Assembly: GCA_030390025.1 (NCBI GenBank)
Contig: CM059432.1
Span: 127,164,001 to 127,228,000, forward strand
Direction of reading: 5' to 3'
Length of the DNA: 64,000 nucleotides
DNA from: Squalus acanthias
Lineage: Eukaryota
The notes beneath the pieces are model-generated. The model saw nothing but the letters and a program-made list of their open reading frames with translations, did not search any database and was not told where the DNA came from. Of this stretch, positions 40,001 through 52,308 are shown one piece after another; position 1 is the first letter of the stretch; each line of letters begins with the position of its first letter. A program made the translations under genes and the position numbers.

Positions 40001-41601
40001 TGTGTGGCAATCACTGGCTGAGGACACAATGTGCCACGAGTACAGTGGGAGAGCTGCTGGACAGACTGAACAAACAGTTAGGTTCTGCTTATCGCAAATC
40101 TTATCCCATCAGAGATAACACAACCCAGTGTTTAAGCCTTGAATCCCTGGCTGCCATCTGTGGGCTGCATGAAATAATAACTAAGCCTGAGTCGGCAAAG
40201 GCGGTGACTGCGTTATTCCCGCAGATATTTAGTGTTCTACTCATTCATCTTAGCTCTTGTGTTAATGTTTGTCTGGTCAGTGAAACATAGAAGATAGGAG
40301 CAGGAGTAGGCCATTCGGCCCCTCGAGCCTGCTCCGCCATTCGATGAGATCATGGCTTTGTTCCTGATGGTCAAACGCAGCAGAGAGAATTCTCAGTTGA
40401 GCCTCTAACATCTGAAAGCAGCAACATGTGTGTGTGGAGACACTGAAGGACCTGCTAGCTCAGACAAATAATGAAGCAGTGCTTAATGATATGGTGCAAA
40501 GTGGAGGATGGAACCAGATGATGGATCTCTGCAAGTCTGACAAGGGGGTTGTTCTGCTGGCCAGAGCAATGGTGAGATATGCTGGCCCCAGTCTGACTGG
40601 CATTGTGAAACAGCTGGCAACTCAAATCCATACTGTTCAAGACTGTCAGATAGTCACCGTGGCTTCCTTCTTTGGAGAGCTGTTAAAATCTCCACTGGTT
40701 TCACAGCTGCAGCTCACAGACATTCTGGCGAGGAGATTGCTAAGATGTTTGCTCTATGATTCTCCAGTTGACCAGTTGCTGTGTGTCAGAGGCCTGTACA
40801 ACATTAGAGCACATCCCAAGACTAAAAGATGGTCTCGGAAAGTGATGTGCACAATGATTACTCTGTTCGGGAACATGGAGGACCAGAAGGAGGTGCTAAT
40901 ATTTGAGGTGCTGTCGTGCCTCTCAAAGCACTTAATTCAGTTGAGAGCAAACACCATCCAACCTTTTGTAGAGAAAATCCTCGCCAGGATTCAACCACTC
41001 TTTGAGGCAAAGTCTGATGGCGTGCGGGCTGAAGCGTTCAGAGTGTTGGGGATCTTGGCCAAGTGTGGAATCGGAGGTTCCAGATCCTCCTCCTGCCGAC
41101 AGGTCCATTCCAACCTGGTGCGCTTGTTGTTGCACCTGGATGGAAAGAGTGAGGAGGTCACTAGGTCTTGTTGTTCAACACTACGGTTGCTCTTCCCACT
41201 CATTGGATCTGTTGAGGCTTCCTTGTTGATTGACAAGTATGAGGCGGAGCCCACCAGGAGCTACATGAACCTCCTAAGAGACCTTTCACGACAGTTGGCC
41301 CAAGATATCCCCAAACGGATGATCTCATATGCCATGGATTGCAAGTCCTTCTTCCAGAACCCCCAGGAACAACTGCGAGCACATGCAGTGGCCTTTGCAT
41401 GTTTACTTCAACAGTCAGAACGTGTCCGTCCCGCCCGGAGGGTCACCTGGTGGAACATCTGCACAATGAACTGCTGCTGTTCACCATCAGACTGAAGACT
41501 GAACGCTCAGGCCACCAACCTTCTCCACCTCCTCTTAGCAGCAAAGTGATCATTCGTTCAACATGATTTGTAAATATGTAATTTTACGGTTTGTAAATAA
41601 A
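37068..41601 (+). pseudogene. Intronless, disabled maestro HEAT-like repeat (MROH1-like) gene copy in ATP6V1C1 intron 4
   Basis: Collinear ORF pieces resemble MROH1: LEEELPRIVPGILSLYKK, QVICVMAQQGYLELEGGKAMVKFV, LWPFLLEFV, LPKAQALLTRLLVVS, EWEEKLL, LIGRLMPRCADP. No introns. In-frame stops at 37615-37617 and 38203-38205, several frameshifts, AATAAA at 41596-41601. Confidence 0.88.
40284..40357 (-). mobile_element. CR1 LINE 3'-end fragment inserted into the MROH-like copy
   Basis: Reverse complement is agccatgatctcatcgaatggcggagcaggctcgaggggccgaatggcctactcctgctcctat, the CR1 3' end also seen at 865-930 and 34583-34640. Confidence 0.85.
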
Positions 41602-41992
41602 TCAATATCCTTTTGTTCCATTGTAACTATTGGTGCGTCTTCAAATGGTGCAGGTCCCGCTGCTGCGTGACTGGGAGTGAACTCTCCTGATTCTCGCACG
41701 CACATACACACACACTCTGGACATTAGACACAGATCCTGCTCCTCACTCCATGCAATTCCTCACTGGATCACCATGCTATTTTATTTATAGATGCAGTTC
41801 CCTTACAAACAGTGCAGGGATTTGCCTGTGCACTCCCAAAGTGCATCACTTTACACTTATTCACATTAACTTGCATCTGCTATGTGTCTGTCCATTTTGC
41901 CAGCCTATGTCCTCCTGAGTCTGATATTCTGCTCACTATTTAGTATGTTGCCAGGTTTCGTATCATGCGCAAATTTTGACATTGTACTCCCC

Positions 41993-42718
41993 AGCTTAGA
42001 GTTTCCGTCAAGTTGTGCTGGTATTTTTCAGCTCAATTCGCCTGAAATCGGCCAAACCAGTGCAAAAGATCGAGGAATTTTAAGCACAAATTACGTCTAG
42101 TGCAAATCAAGTGTCTGCGATCTTGTGCGCTGGTTTAAAAAAACATCGTGCTGGAAGAAAAAGCCCCGCCCACAAAACTAGCCCCTCTCCCAGGTCAAAT
42201 TCATCGCCATGGCAAGTTTACGCTAATTGCGCTTGTTTGTGGGCCTTTGAGGAGGCTCTTAAAATTGAGCTTTTTTTAAAGGCGCAAGGACACTAAAGTG
42301 CATTTTTAAAGTTATTAAATATTAATATTTTGCTAGGAAGCTGACTACTGTACACCAATGAAATAGTAAATGATTCTGTATAGTTTTAAAACTCATTCTC
42401 ACTTATTTAAAATCAGGTTACTCGCAGGTGGTGGACCTTATTAAAAATGCTTATTTTTTGTGATAAACCCATTTCCCCAGTATTAATCAAACTACACCAG
42501 GTTACCACTCTTAAATACATAAAGCAACATTTTTAATGCAAGAAAAAAGTAAACAATTGTGTTCCAAAATGCTGCTCGATTGAGCTGGTTCATGGAAGAT
42601 TTTACCTTCGGCAATATGCAAATGTGCTTGAGGGAAACTTGAGCAAGAATTTCAATTCGGCAAACAAGCGCAATTTGCACCTGATTGCCAATTGCCCCCA
42701 AAGCAGAAACTCTGCCCC
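41993..42718. mobile_element. Probable non-autonomous DNA transposon inside CR1
   Basis: Non-coding insert that splits the CR1; ends resemble imperfect inverted repeats (agagtttc ... gaaactct). Confidence 0.45.
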
Positions 42719-42955
42719 TCCATACCAAAGTCCAGGTCATTTATATATAACAAGAAAAGCAATGGTCCTAATACCGACCCCACTGCATATATCTCTCCAG
42801 TCAGAAAAACTCCTGTTCACCACTACTCTCTGCCTCCTATCCCTCAGCCAATTATGTACCCAAGTTACCATCATCCCTTTAAGACCATGTGCTTCTATTT
42901 TCCGAATCAATCTGTTTATATGGCACTTTATCAAATGTTTTTTGAAAGTCCATAC

Positions 42956-43111
42956 CAATGTTTTCCTCCTGATTTTTCTTTTGGGTGCACGGCTCCTTTA
43001 ACGGTCTGCGGCCCATTCAAAGTTTCGTGCATGCACGAAATTTCACATCTGAAAAGCCAGTCCAGGGCTGCACGAGACCAGCATACGACTGCACAGCTTA
43101 GAGGAACGTTG
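42956..43111. mobile_element. hAT-type MITE, 156 bp
   Basis: TIRs CAATGTTTTCCTC and GAGGAACGTTG; perfect 8-bp TSD GTCCATAC at 42948-42955 and 43112-43119. Confidence 0.8.
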
Positions 43112-43939
43112 GTCCATACATACATGTACTGCACTACCATTATCAACCCTCTCTGTTACTTCATCAAAGAACTCAATCGGGTTAATTAGATACGATTTGC
43201 CTTTAACAAATCCGTGCTGGCTGTCCCTTATTAACCCATGCTCCTCCAAGTAAGAATTTTGTCCTCGACAGTGGTCTCTAGTAGTTTTCCCAGCACTGAC
43301 ATTGGACTAATTTCCCTGTCATTACCAGGTTTATCCCTCTCCCCTTTTTTGAACAGGGGTGTAACATCTGCAATCCTCCAATCTCCTGGCACCACTCCCA
43401 AATTCAAGGAGAATTGAAAGATTGTGGTCAGAGCTTCCGCTATCTCCATTCCATTCCTATAGCAACTGTGCCAAAAACACTGCCCTGCAGAATTAATAAT
43501 CACCCAACAGCTGCAGTTCCTTGGATATTGTGTTCCACAGATGTTGTTGCAGGTCTTGCAGATCCCTATCTAGAGTTATGACCTGGATATCCTGCAGTGA
43601 GGCCATGGTTATATGCCACTATTGTTAACGGTCTACATTGGAGAGGAGTCCCTAAAAGTGAACAAGCAGAATGACCAGCCTTTTCTGTCAACACAACAAG
43701 GCTGCAATGTATCAAAGGTTACATCGACTGAGCTGCGTCTGGTGTCCAGTTTCGCAGAACACGTATGGATCTTTAATCAGACCGCAAAGCCACATCCAAA
43801 CTGAGGGCGATGGTCATCCGGCGACTCCTGCGTTGTTTGGCGTGAATCAGGTGGTAGCAGTTTGAACAAAAAGCTTTGTGCCCGATGCCATTATTGAGTG
43901 GGCCTTGATTTAATTGGCCATCCAAAACAGGCAGAAGTC

Positions 43940-44330
43940 TCTTGAGCACATAAAGCTAGGCTGACACTCCAGTACAGTGCTGAGGGAGTGCTGCACTGTC
44001 GGAGGTGCTGTCTTTCGGAGGAGACATTAAACCGAGGCCCCGTCTGCGCTCTCAGGTGGATGTAAAAGATCCCATGGCACTATTTTGAAGAAGAGCAGGG
44101 GAGTTAGCCCCAGTGTCCTGGCCAATATTTATCGCTCAACCAACATAATAGAAACAGATTATCTGGTCATTATCACATTGCTGTTTGTGGGAGCTTGCTG
44201 TGTGCAAATTGGCTGCAGTGTTTCCCACATTACAGTAGTGACTCCACTTCAAAAAGTACTTAATTGGCTGTAAAGCGCTTCTGAGACGTCCGGTGGTCGT
44301 GAAAGGCGCTATATAAATGCAAGTCTTTTC
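43940..44330 (+). mobile_element. Deu-domain SINE, 5' truncated
   Basis: Deu core and tail gtgaaaggcgctatataaatgcaagtc. Confidence 0.87.
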
Positions 44331-44973
44331 CTTTTTTCTTTCTAATGGAAGAAGGAATGCAGACAGAGCTGATAACTTGGATGGGTTAGTGGGGGATTGA
44401 ACATAATCCATCTCAAACTGCAGAATTTTTCAGACTTTGGAAGGATTGTCACATTTTTCAATTCTTCCATCAGCCTAACCTATTCTCTGAAAGTCTATGA
44501 TCTTACGTTGTATCAGTGGGAGTCAGCTGGAATCTTTATGCTGTATTCCTGATCCACAATATAAGTACTATACAGATGCAGGCAGTTCTCTATTGGTGAA
44601 TCTCACTTTTCTACCAAAATTTTGAAACCCATGAAAGTAAAATTAGTCATTAATGACCGAAATTACAACGATGGGAATGTTAAAATTATTATTGCTTAAA
44701 GTTTACTTTTATTGCTCATTCAGTTGGATTTCGAAGTACAATTGTAGGCTCTCCATATATTACCCTATGTACATACTAAACACTGGATTAAAAATTACAT
44801 TTTCAGCAATGTGAAAACGTATGAAAGGTTACTTCATACTATGGCTTCTGTCTTTATACTAATTTGAACAGCATTGCATATGTTTTACTCTGCTGTTCTA
44901 TGTAAACAAGACTGACATTATTTGTGCCAACCCTGTGTACAACAGAGTACTTACTTCCTCTGCTATCATAGCA

Positions 44974-45360
44974 TAAAAAAATAAAAATTTTAAAGTTTAT
45001 GGTTTTCCATACAGACTGCATTTGACACATTAGACCCCCTGTGACCCCACCTCATTGTCTCAGTTGTATCTTGCTATGTCTTTGATGTGGTGCCTTCCTG
45101 GCTGACCTGATTGTTTCTCTGCCGAGGTGTGATGAAAGGCAGTCAGAAAGATTAAATGTAGTCGTCTGACATTGTACGCTACACAGGCATTGTTCTCTGT
45201 CTATATATGCTTTGCCGATTCGTATTCCTTCACTTCACCTGACAAAGGGGCAGCAGCTCCGAAAGCTTGTGATTTCAAATAAAACTGTTGGACTATAACC
45301 TGGTGTTGTGCGACCTCTCACTTTTGTCCACCCCAGTCCAACACCGGCATCTCTGCATCA
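44974..45360 (+). mobile_element. Short Penelope-like element (family A) with mutated hammerhead, 13-bp TSD
   Basis: TGCTATCATAGCA at 44961-44973 and 45361-45373. Hammerhead at 45235-45272 with core CTGACAA. Homologous to both arms of 62634-63474. Confidence 0.85.
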
Positions 45361-48300
45361 TGCTATCATAGCAACACTCCTCTGCCTACAGAACAACGGA
45401 TAGCTGTAACAGAAATAGGATTTTCACCCTTTTAAGCATGTGTATCTTCTATGTATTATGTTTTCTAAAAAGTGATGTAATCCCATTTTAAAAAGGACTA
45501 AAAGCATTGTTTTGGAAACTGATGGCTGCTCAGAGAAATTGCCTAGTTTTGTAAGGGCATAGCTTGATGGTCTTGCTATTGGACATCTGAGGAAGATTGC
45601 GTTCATTCAATGGCCTCAACATGTTTCTTTATGGAGTTTTTGGAGCGGGAGAAGATAAAGTTTGATATATTGTATATGCTACAAAGATTTAAAGAGCTCT
45701 AACCTCATTGCACTCCTGCTGAGACAATGCATCAGATGTGCAGTGTTGATTTATGTAACGAAAAGATACCTATGCCACTTTGTAGCAAAACATCACGAGC
45801 TGAGATATAGTTCCCTTAAGGTATGATGATTGTGAAGTTGCTATCTTTTGTTGATTTTATTGACTAATTTACATGTATTTTTTATTAAATTTCATTGTTT
45901 TCACTCACAGAAACATTGATGGTGTGACGTATTAATAAAAAATCAATTGTAGTGTGAAGTTTTAAGTGTCTGGTTCTTTTGGCGGGGCAGTGCATTGGGA
46001 TACCAAAGTACAGTGAACACTTGGTGAGTTCCTGATCCCAGCCATGGTTTCATGGATGGGGACAGTTATTTATCCACACGGATCGGGTGGAGTAGCAGCT
46101 GAGTTGCTATGGACCACATTTATACACACAGCTGTGAATTGCAGTGTCTTTTCCGCCTTACTCCCGTCAGCTGTGGAGATCTACAAGGGATTTATATTGA
46201 GTTAGGTGAGACAGGGTTTTGTGTTAATGTATGAATTTCACTGGGACATTAATTTTATAGTATTTGATCATGTTGTAACTAGTTTCTGTCCATTTTGAAA
46301 ATGAATTTTCTCTGCCAAACAGAAGAGAGTGATTATCATTCTAAATCATCTTGTGTACTTTCAGTAGGCAAAGTTTAATTGACAGGCTTGATTTTAGTTA
46401 CATTTCAGATTGTAGATGAGATTAATCTTGAAAATGATGCTCTCCATATAATCTACTTTGGTATGAAACTGGACTTGGAAGTAGTTATGGGAGTCTTAAA
46501 ACACAAAGCATTGTGGAATATTTACTGAAATGCATATAGCATTTTAAAATAAAATCTGAAGTTATAATTGCCAAGATTGGACGCATAGTACATTCCAGAA
46601 AATTCTCTGTAGCTGCCCTTTTGAAGTATCTATTCATTTCAGTTAGATGAACTGCAGCTCATTAAAAAAATAAATTAAAAAACTGAAAAGGAGAGTAGAG
46701 CAAACTATACCCAGAACATTAACCGTTCTCTTTTGGGTGCTGTCTGACCTGTGCATTTCCAGTATTTTCTCTATAGTAGATCTCTATTGTGTTTTTAATT
46801 TTCATGTCTCCAGGATTTAAACAAATTTCATAATTTTTCCCTCAAGTTCAGTACTGTACTGTAGTGTGAAGTTTGAAGTGTCGGGTTCTTTTGGTGGGGC
46901 AGTGTATTGGGGCACCAAAATACAGCGCACACTTGGTTCAACACGAGGCCAGTGGTTGAGCGCCTTTGCTTCGCCGCTGACCGCAAATTACGGGCCAATA
47001 ATGATGTAACTTCAAAATTTGTTAGAAAAAGATGTAATGATCTATTCTGTATTAGAGAACAAATTTATCACTCTTCCATTACAATTATGCTGATTTGCTG
47101 AACTTTTCTGCTATAAATAATGGTCTTTTTCAACTTTTAAACTTAAATTTGTTGTAAATGCTTCTTCATACAAATCTTACAATTATGGGCTTCATTTCTT
47201 TCTGGTTTGGTTTCAGAGAATTATAATCCAGGTTGTTGGAATCTGATCTACAATCTATATTTCTTGTTGTCCTTCACTCCTTGACCCACCTATTTCTGCA
47301 CTATTCATAAATGATTACCCTAATGTTTGTTTCAAAGCTGAAGTCTTAAATGTAGACAGACCCATTTTATTATTCATTGCCTGTTTCTTGTTTGACTTTA
47401 TCCATGTAATAACCTACGTTGCTAGCTTATTGCCCTTGTAGGGAGAAAAATAAGCTAATGGTGTGTTTACTTTTTATGGTTGGCCTGGATTTATTTTTTG
47501 CAAGTGCAGCACCTACACTGCTCACTGCTTTTACATCCCATGTCAGGAACTAGTCTCTGTAGGTACACCATACTCTGCTGTATAATATGGATACTAGGAC
47601 GAATTCCCCACATTTTTACTTCACGGGTTTAACGCCTTGTTCGTAGATCCATGTGCTCTCGGGTTTACAATGACATTGATTCCTTGAACTTTGATTTGGT
47701 TATAGTGTAAAACTGCAATATTTTCCACCAAAATTACTACTTTATCAGCAAATTCTGTTTCAATCATATGATTGTGTACCTTATACAGAGTACATTGAAA
47801 TGCTGATTGATAGATTATTGTGTGCATGTGAAAGAATTTGACTGGGGTTTAAAGCTAAGTTTGGTTATTTTGACGTTTCTAATTTGTTTCATAAGTGAAG
47901 GCCCAGAAACCAACATTCAACCCCTCTTCCATAATTGTTTTAGCTTGTATTTACTGAATCAGTGCTTGCTTAACCCAGATCTCCCTCAGAATTGGCTGTA
48001 TCAATGTAAACTGATAATACTCTTGCGCATACATCCAGTGTGTACCTCCTTTTGAAAAATATCTTTACTCTTGTCTGCATGTGCACATTGATGCACATGT
48101 GCTCGTGCTCAACATTTAGAAATAAGGTTGTGAAGTGCCTTGCTGAGAGCCGGAAGTGTAAGTGGGTCGCTCTGACCACAGCTATTTGAATGCTGTTCCC
48201 TGATGATACTAGATCTCAACATAATAGCATGAGGTGATTAAATAACAAATCTTCTGTAATCTTGAGCTTATTTGTATTACTACATAATCAATGTGAAATG

Positions 48301-48439
48301 TTTTGTACAATTGCAGTGCGGGAGTAATGCTGAAATATGACTACAAGGTAAACCATTACCACAAGTTAAACTGACTTTCTGACCGGGAAATGATCCAAAC
48401 TGCTTTGGCTTTTTCTACTGCCAACCTGTATTAAACAAT

Positions 48440-49050
48440 CTTATTGCCTTTGGCCCCCACCACAAAGTCCTTACCCTTGCCACTGATTCCATCACCCTCC
48501 CTGGCCATAGTCTCAGACTGAACCAGATTGTTTGCAATCTCAGCGTTCTATTTAACCACAAGCTGAGCTTCCAATCTCACATGCTCCAAGCCTCAAAGAC
48601 CGCCGACTTCCACCTCTGTAAAATTACCTACCCACCACATCAGTCTATCTGCCGCTGAAACCCTACAGACCAACTATTCCAATGCTCTCCTGACTGGCTG
48701 CCATTCTCCACTCTGTAAATGTCAGCTCATCAAAATGCTGCCGTATTCTGTCCTGTACTAGGTCCCGCTCACCCATCGCCCTGTCCCTGCTAATCTACAT
48801 TGGCTCCCTAGCCTCCCGATGCCTCCAATTTAAAATTCTCATTCTCGTGTTTAAATCCCTTCATGGGTTCGCCCCTCCCTATCTCTGTAACTTCCTCCAG
48901 CCCTACAAACCCCTCCCCCAAAGTTTGTCTTTGACTCTGACCTTTTGTGTACTTCCTACTCCCTTTATTCACCATTGTCAGCTGTGCCATCAAGCCATCT
49001 AGGCCAGACATGCTAGAATATTCTCTCTCAAAAACCCCCCTGTCCCTACT
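48440..49050 (+). mobile_element. Decayed L2 LINE fragment
   Basis: Similar to 29900-30540 (cgctcacccatc, ctacattggctc, tttaaaattctc). Confidence 0.7.
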
Positions 49051-51064
49051 TACCATTTAATTTCAAGTAATGTGATTTGAGCACAGGAACCTGCTGTCTA
49101 TTTTGTCAGTTTGCTGCCTACTTGACAAGACTTTTGAAAGCTGAATAAAACTGGTGCTACAAACAACCATTAAGATCACGCAAATGCGTTAAAATTATAC
49201 CGTATCTCTATTCAGATGAGACTGAGATTTACTTTGTGGCTTTTGATATTATTTAATCCATTTTATAAGCTTACTACCTTGTAACCCCTTCCACTCCATG
49301 TGCTATCTTCATGCTAGTTTCAAAGTGTGTTGTATAGTATTTATAATCTTCCTTTACACCTCATTCATTAATGCTTTTTGGAATACTTGGCTCTTTTTTT
49401 CCCCTGCCAATTTTATTCCTCTTATGAAGGCATTGACATCTTGTGGCACTGATCCATGGGTACCCTATATAAAGTGAACCTCGATGTTGCATTTCTGATC
49501 TATTCTGTTGCAAGGGCATCATAGTTGAATCCGATCACGTCTTTGCTCAGTGTCCTTGTGTAGATAGCCAGCTTGGTGCAGGTCGACAGCAATGATCAAC
49601 TAACTCAGCCAAGAATGGGGATTGAACCCCTACCTGCCCCCCCCCCCCCCCCTCCCCCTCCCCCGGTCCATATGGCTCAGCTTCTTGTTACTTTAAATAG
49701 CTGATTGGTGAAGCAGTTGTGGGTTAAATGGGCTTTATAATCAAGTGAATGATCTCCTGGATTGCCACTTCCACATTCTGTTGGTGACTTTAGCTCTATG
49801 TATGTTTTTAAACAATTGACTGTTCATTGCCACCCTAATGTTAAGAGCTCACTATAACCTGTTTCAGGCTGAATTTGAACTTGAATTTTAAATGTTGAAT
49901 GAAGAATTATGTTTAACAATGAAATGGTTAACTTTGATCTTTTTGTATGAAATTAAATTTCATGGAGTACACTCTTCATATTGAATTCTTGATTTAGCTT
50001 GGCTACTTATCATTATAGTAGTTTCATATCTGTGCTCCTGTGTACAAATATTTTTTACATTTTACTGCAGTGTAAAGTTTGCTTTTCAAGGTCGATTCTG
50101 TAAGATTCGAGCTACTTATGGTTCTGTAACTATGTTCCTATACACAAAGTTTTATTTAATTAATAGATGAATAATGTTCAAGGCTGTGGGTCAAGCTTTT
50201 ACACCAGGTAGAGATGGAAAAGGAAAGCCATTTGGCCCATCCGAGCTCTTCCATCCAGAAGGAAATGTTGCAGTCTGAGCCACAATACCAGCTGTTAAAT
50301 GATTCCAGAGTTATTGCCTCCACTACTTCACCTGGAAGTTCATTTCATCTGTTGATCACTTTGTGTGAAGAACTTCCTGACATCAGTGCTTCAGGACAGC
50401 ACTGATGCTGGGGCACTGTACTCAGCACTGCTTTCTTGCCCTTCCCTGCACCCCCTTAAAAAAAAAACTGAGTAATGCTCCTAACAAATATCAGCTGCTT
50501 CCTATCTTTCAGCCAATTTCATACGCATTCCCAGGTTTTGCATTGAATTCCTTATGCTTAAGTAGCAACCTTTTGTGCAGAATTGTAGCAAGGGCTTTTT
50601 GAGTGTCCAAGTAGACCATATTGTATAGCTTTCTACCATCCATTTGAGATGTTGCTTTGTCAAACTTGCAGGCAGGACTTTCCCCATCTAAATCGCTGAC
50701 TGCTATTTACTAGATGATTGTCATATAGGTAAACCTTTAGTTAATTCATCATTGATTCTGTTATTTACCTTGTACTGACATGGGATTACTGAGTCTATTT
50801 TGGCACAGTTTTTGAAAATTAGTACAATATCAGCTTGTTTCTACTCTAGTGGGATTTGTTTGAAAAATTTGAAATTTTGACTGCTTAGTGTGCCAACATG
50901 TGTGTTCACATTTATACCTGTGCGAAATGCTGTCTGCTCACAATCAAAATATTTCAGATGTGTACATAGAATTTGTTTAACTGGTCACTGCTGTTTTTAT
51001 TCTAACAAAAACTGAGAATCTTTGTTCTATTACATTTTTAAAACAAGTTGTGTTTTTTTCCTAG

Positions 51065-51159
51065 TTGACTTGGTCACCTATATCACAAGGTTTCAGTGGG
51101 ACATGGCAAAGTACCCAATCAAACAGTCTCTGAAAAACATTTCTGAAATCATTACTAAG
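51065..51159 (+). CDS. ATP6V1C1: ATP6V1C1 exon 5
   Basis: (V)[31 protein letters not shown]; ttcctag acceptor, AAG|gtcggt donor; 95 nt, ends phase 0. Confidence 0.97.
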
Positions 51160-51494
51160 GTCGGTGTTTAAATTCATTTTTGGAACTTAATGTGCCTTTA
51201 ACACAAGCTCTGCAGTCAGCCAAAATTTCCAAGGGATATTGTGTGTAAATATTTCGTGTTCACTAAAGATATTTCAAATGGTTTAGTTTTGAGTGTTTTT
51301 ACCTTCCAATTTTATAATTGTTAGAATCACTTTGGAAACTTGTGAGCAGAAATTAACAGTAATGTTTAGATTTTACGCCATACATTATCTAGTTGCGGAG
51401 GAATATAAATATTCTTCTGTGTTAAGGCCAAATAACGTACAGCTGTAATGTCCATAACTGAGATGCTCTTATATTTTCTTTGCTTTATTGAGGA

Positions 51495-51543
51495 TACATA
51501 GTCATACGGCACAGAAGGAGGCCATTCGGCCCATCGAGTCTGT

Positions 51544-51584
<41 letters not shown>

Positions 51585-52308
51585 ATCCAGTCAGTCCCAT
51601 TCCCCCGCTCTATCCACGTAGTCCTGCAAGTTTATTTCCCTCAAGTGCCTATCCAGTCTCCTTGAAAACATTGAGTGTCTCCGCTTCCACCACTTCCGTC
51701 GGCAGCGAATTCCAGGTCGTCATCACTCGCTGCGTTTATATATTAAAAAAAAAAAGTTTTTCCTCACATCCCCCCTGTATCTCTTGCCCAAAACCTTAAA
51801 TCTGTGTCCCTTAGTCCTTGTACCATCAACTAGTGGGAACAGCCTTTCCCCGTCTAGCCTATCCAAACCCGTCATAATCTTGTACACCTCTATCAAATCA
51901 CCCCTCAACCTCCTTTGCTCTAATGAAAACAAATCCAACTTCTCCAACCTGTCCTTGTAGCCAAGATCTCCCATCCCCGGAACCATTCTGGTAAATCTCC
52001 TCTGCACCCTCTCAAGGGCCTTCACATCCTTCCTAAAGTGTGGTGACCAGAACTGGATGCAATACTCCAGTTGTGGCCTAACCAGCGCTTTATAAAGGTT
52101 CAGCATAACTTCTCTGCTTTTGTACTCAAGACCTCTATTTATGAAGCCCAAGATCCCATAAGCTTTGCTAACCACTCTCTCAATATGTCCTGCCACCTTT
52201 TAGGGACCTATGCACATTAACTCCCAGGTCCCTCTGTCCCTGCGCACTCTTTAAAACTGTGCCATTAAGTGTATATTGCCTCTCCCTGTTCCTTCTGCCA
52301 AAATGCAG
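51495..52308 (-). mobile_element. CR1 LINE 3' portion with (CT)n expansion at 51545-51581
   Basis: ORF 51723-52196 is nearly identical to ORF 10445-10897. Confidence 0.9.

Larger units (their letters stand above)
41830..43460 (-). mobile_element. CR1 RT fragment interrupted by two non-autonomous DNA elements
   Basis: DWRIADVTPLFKKGERDKPGN, QHGFVKGKS, WVHNWLRDRRQRVVVN. Confidence 0.8.

Noticed and set aside
38737..41495. The 373-aa and 355-aa ORFs as independent genes
   Set aside because: They are collinear fragments of one disrupted MROH-like frame, with non-ATG starts and frameshifted tails.
45948..46937. 78-bp direct repeats as LTRs of a miniature LTR element
   Set aside because: No shared TG...CA ends, primer-binding site or TSD.
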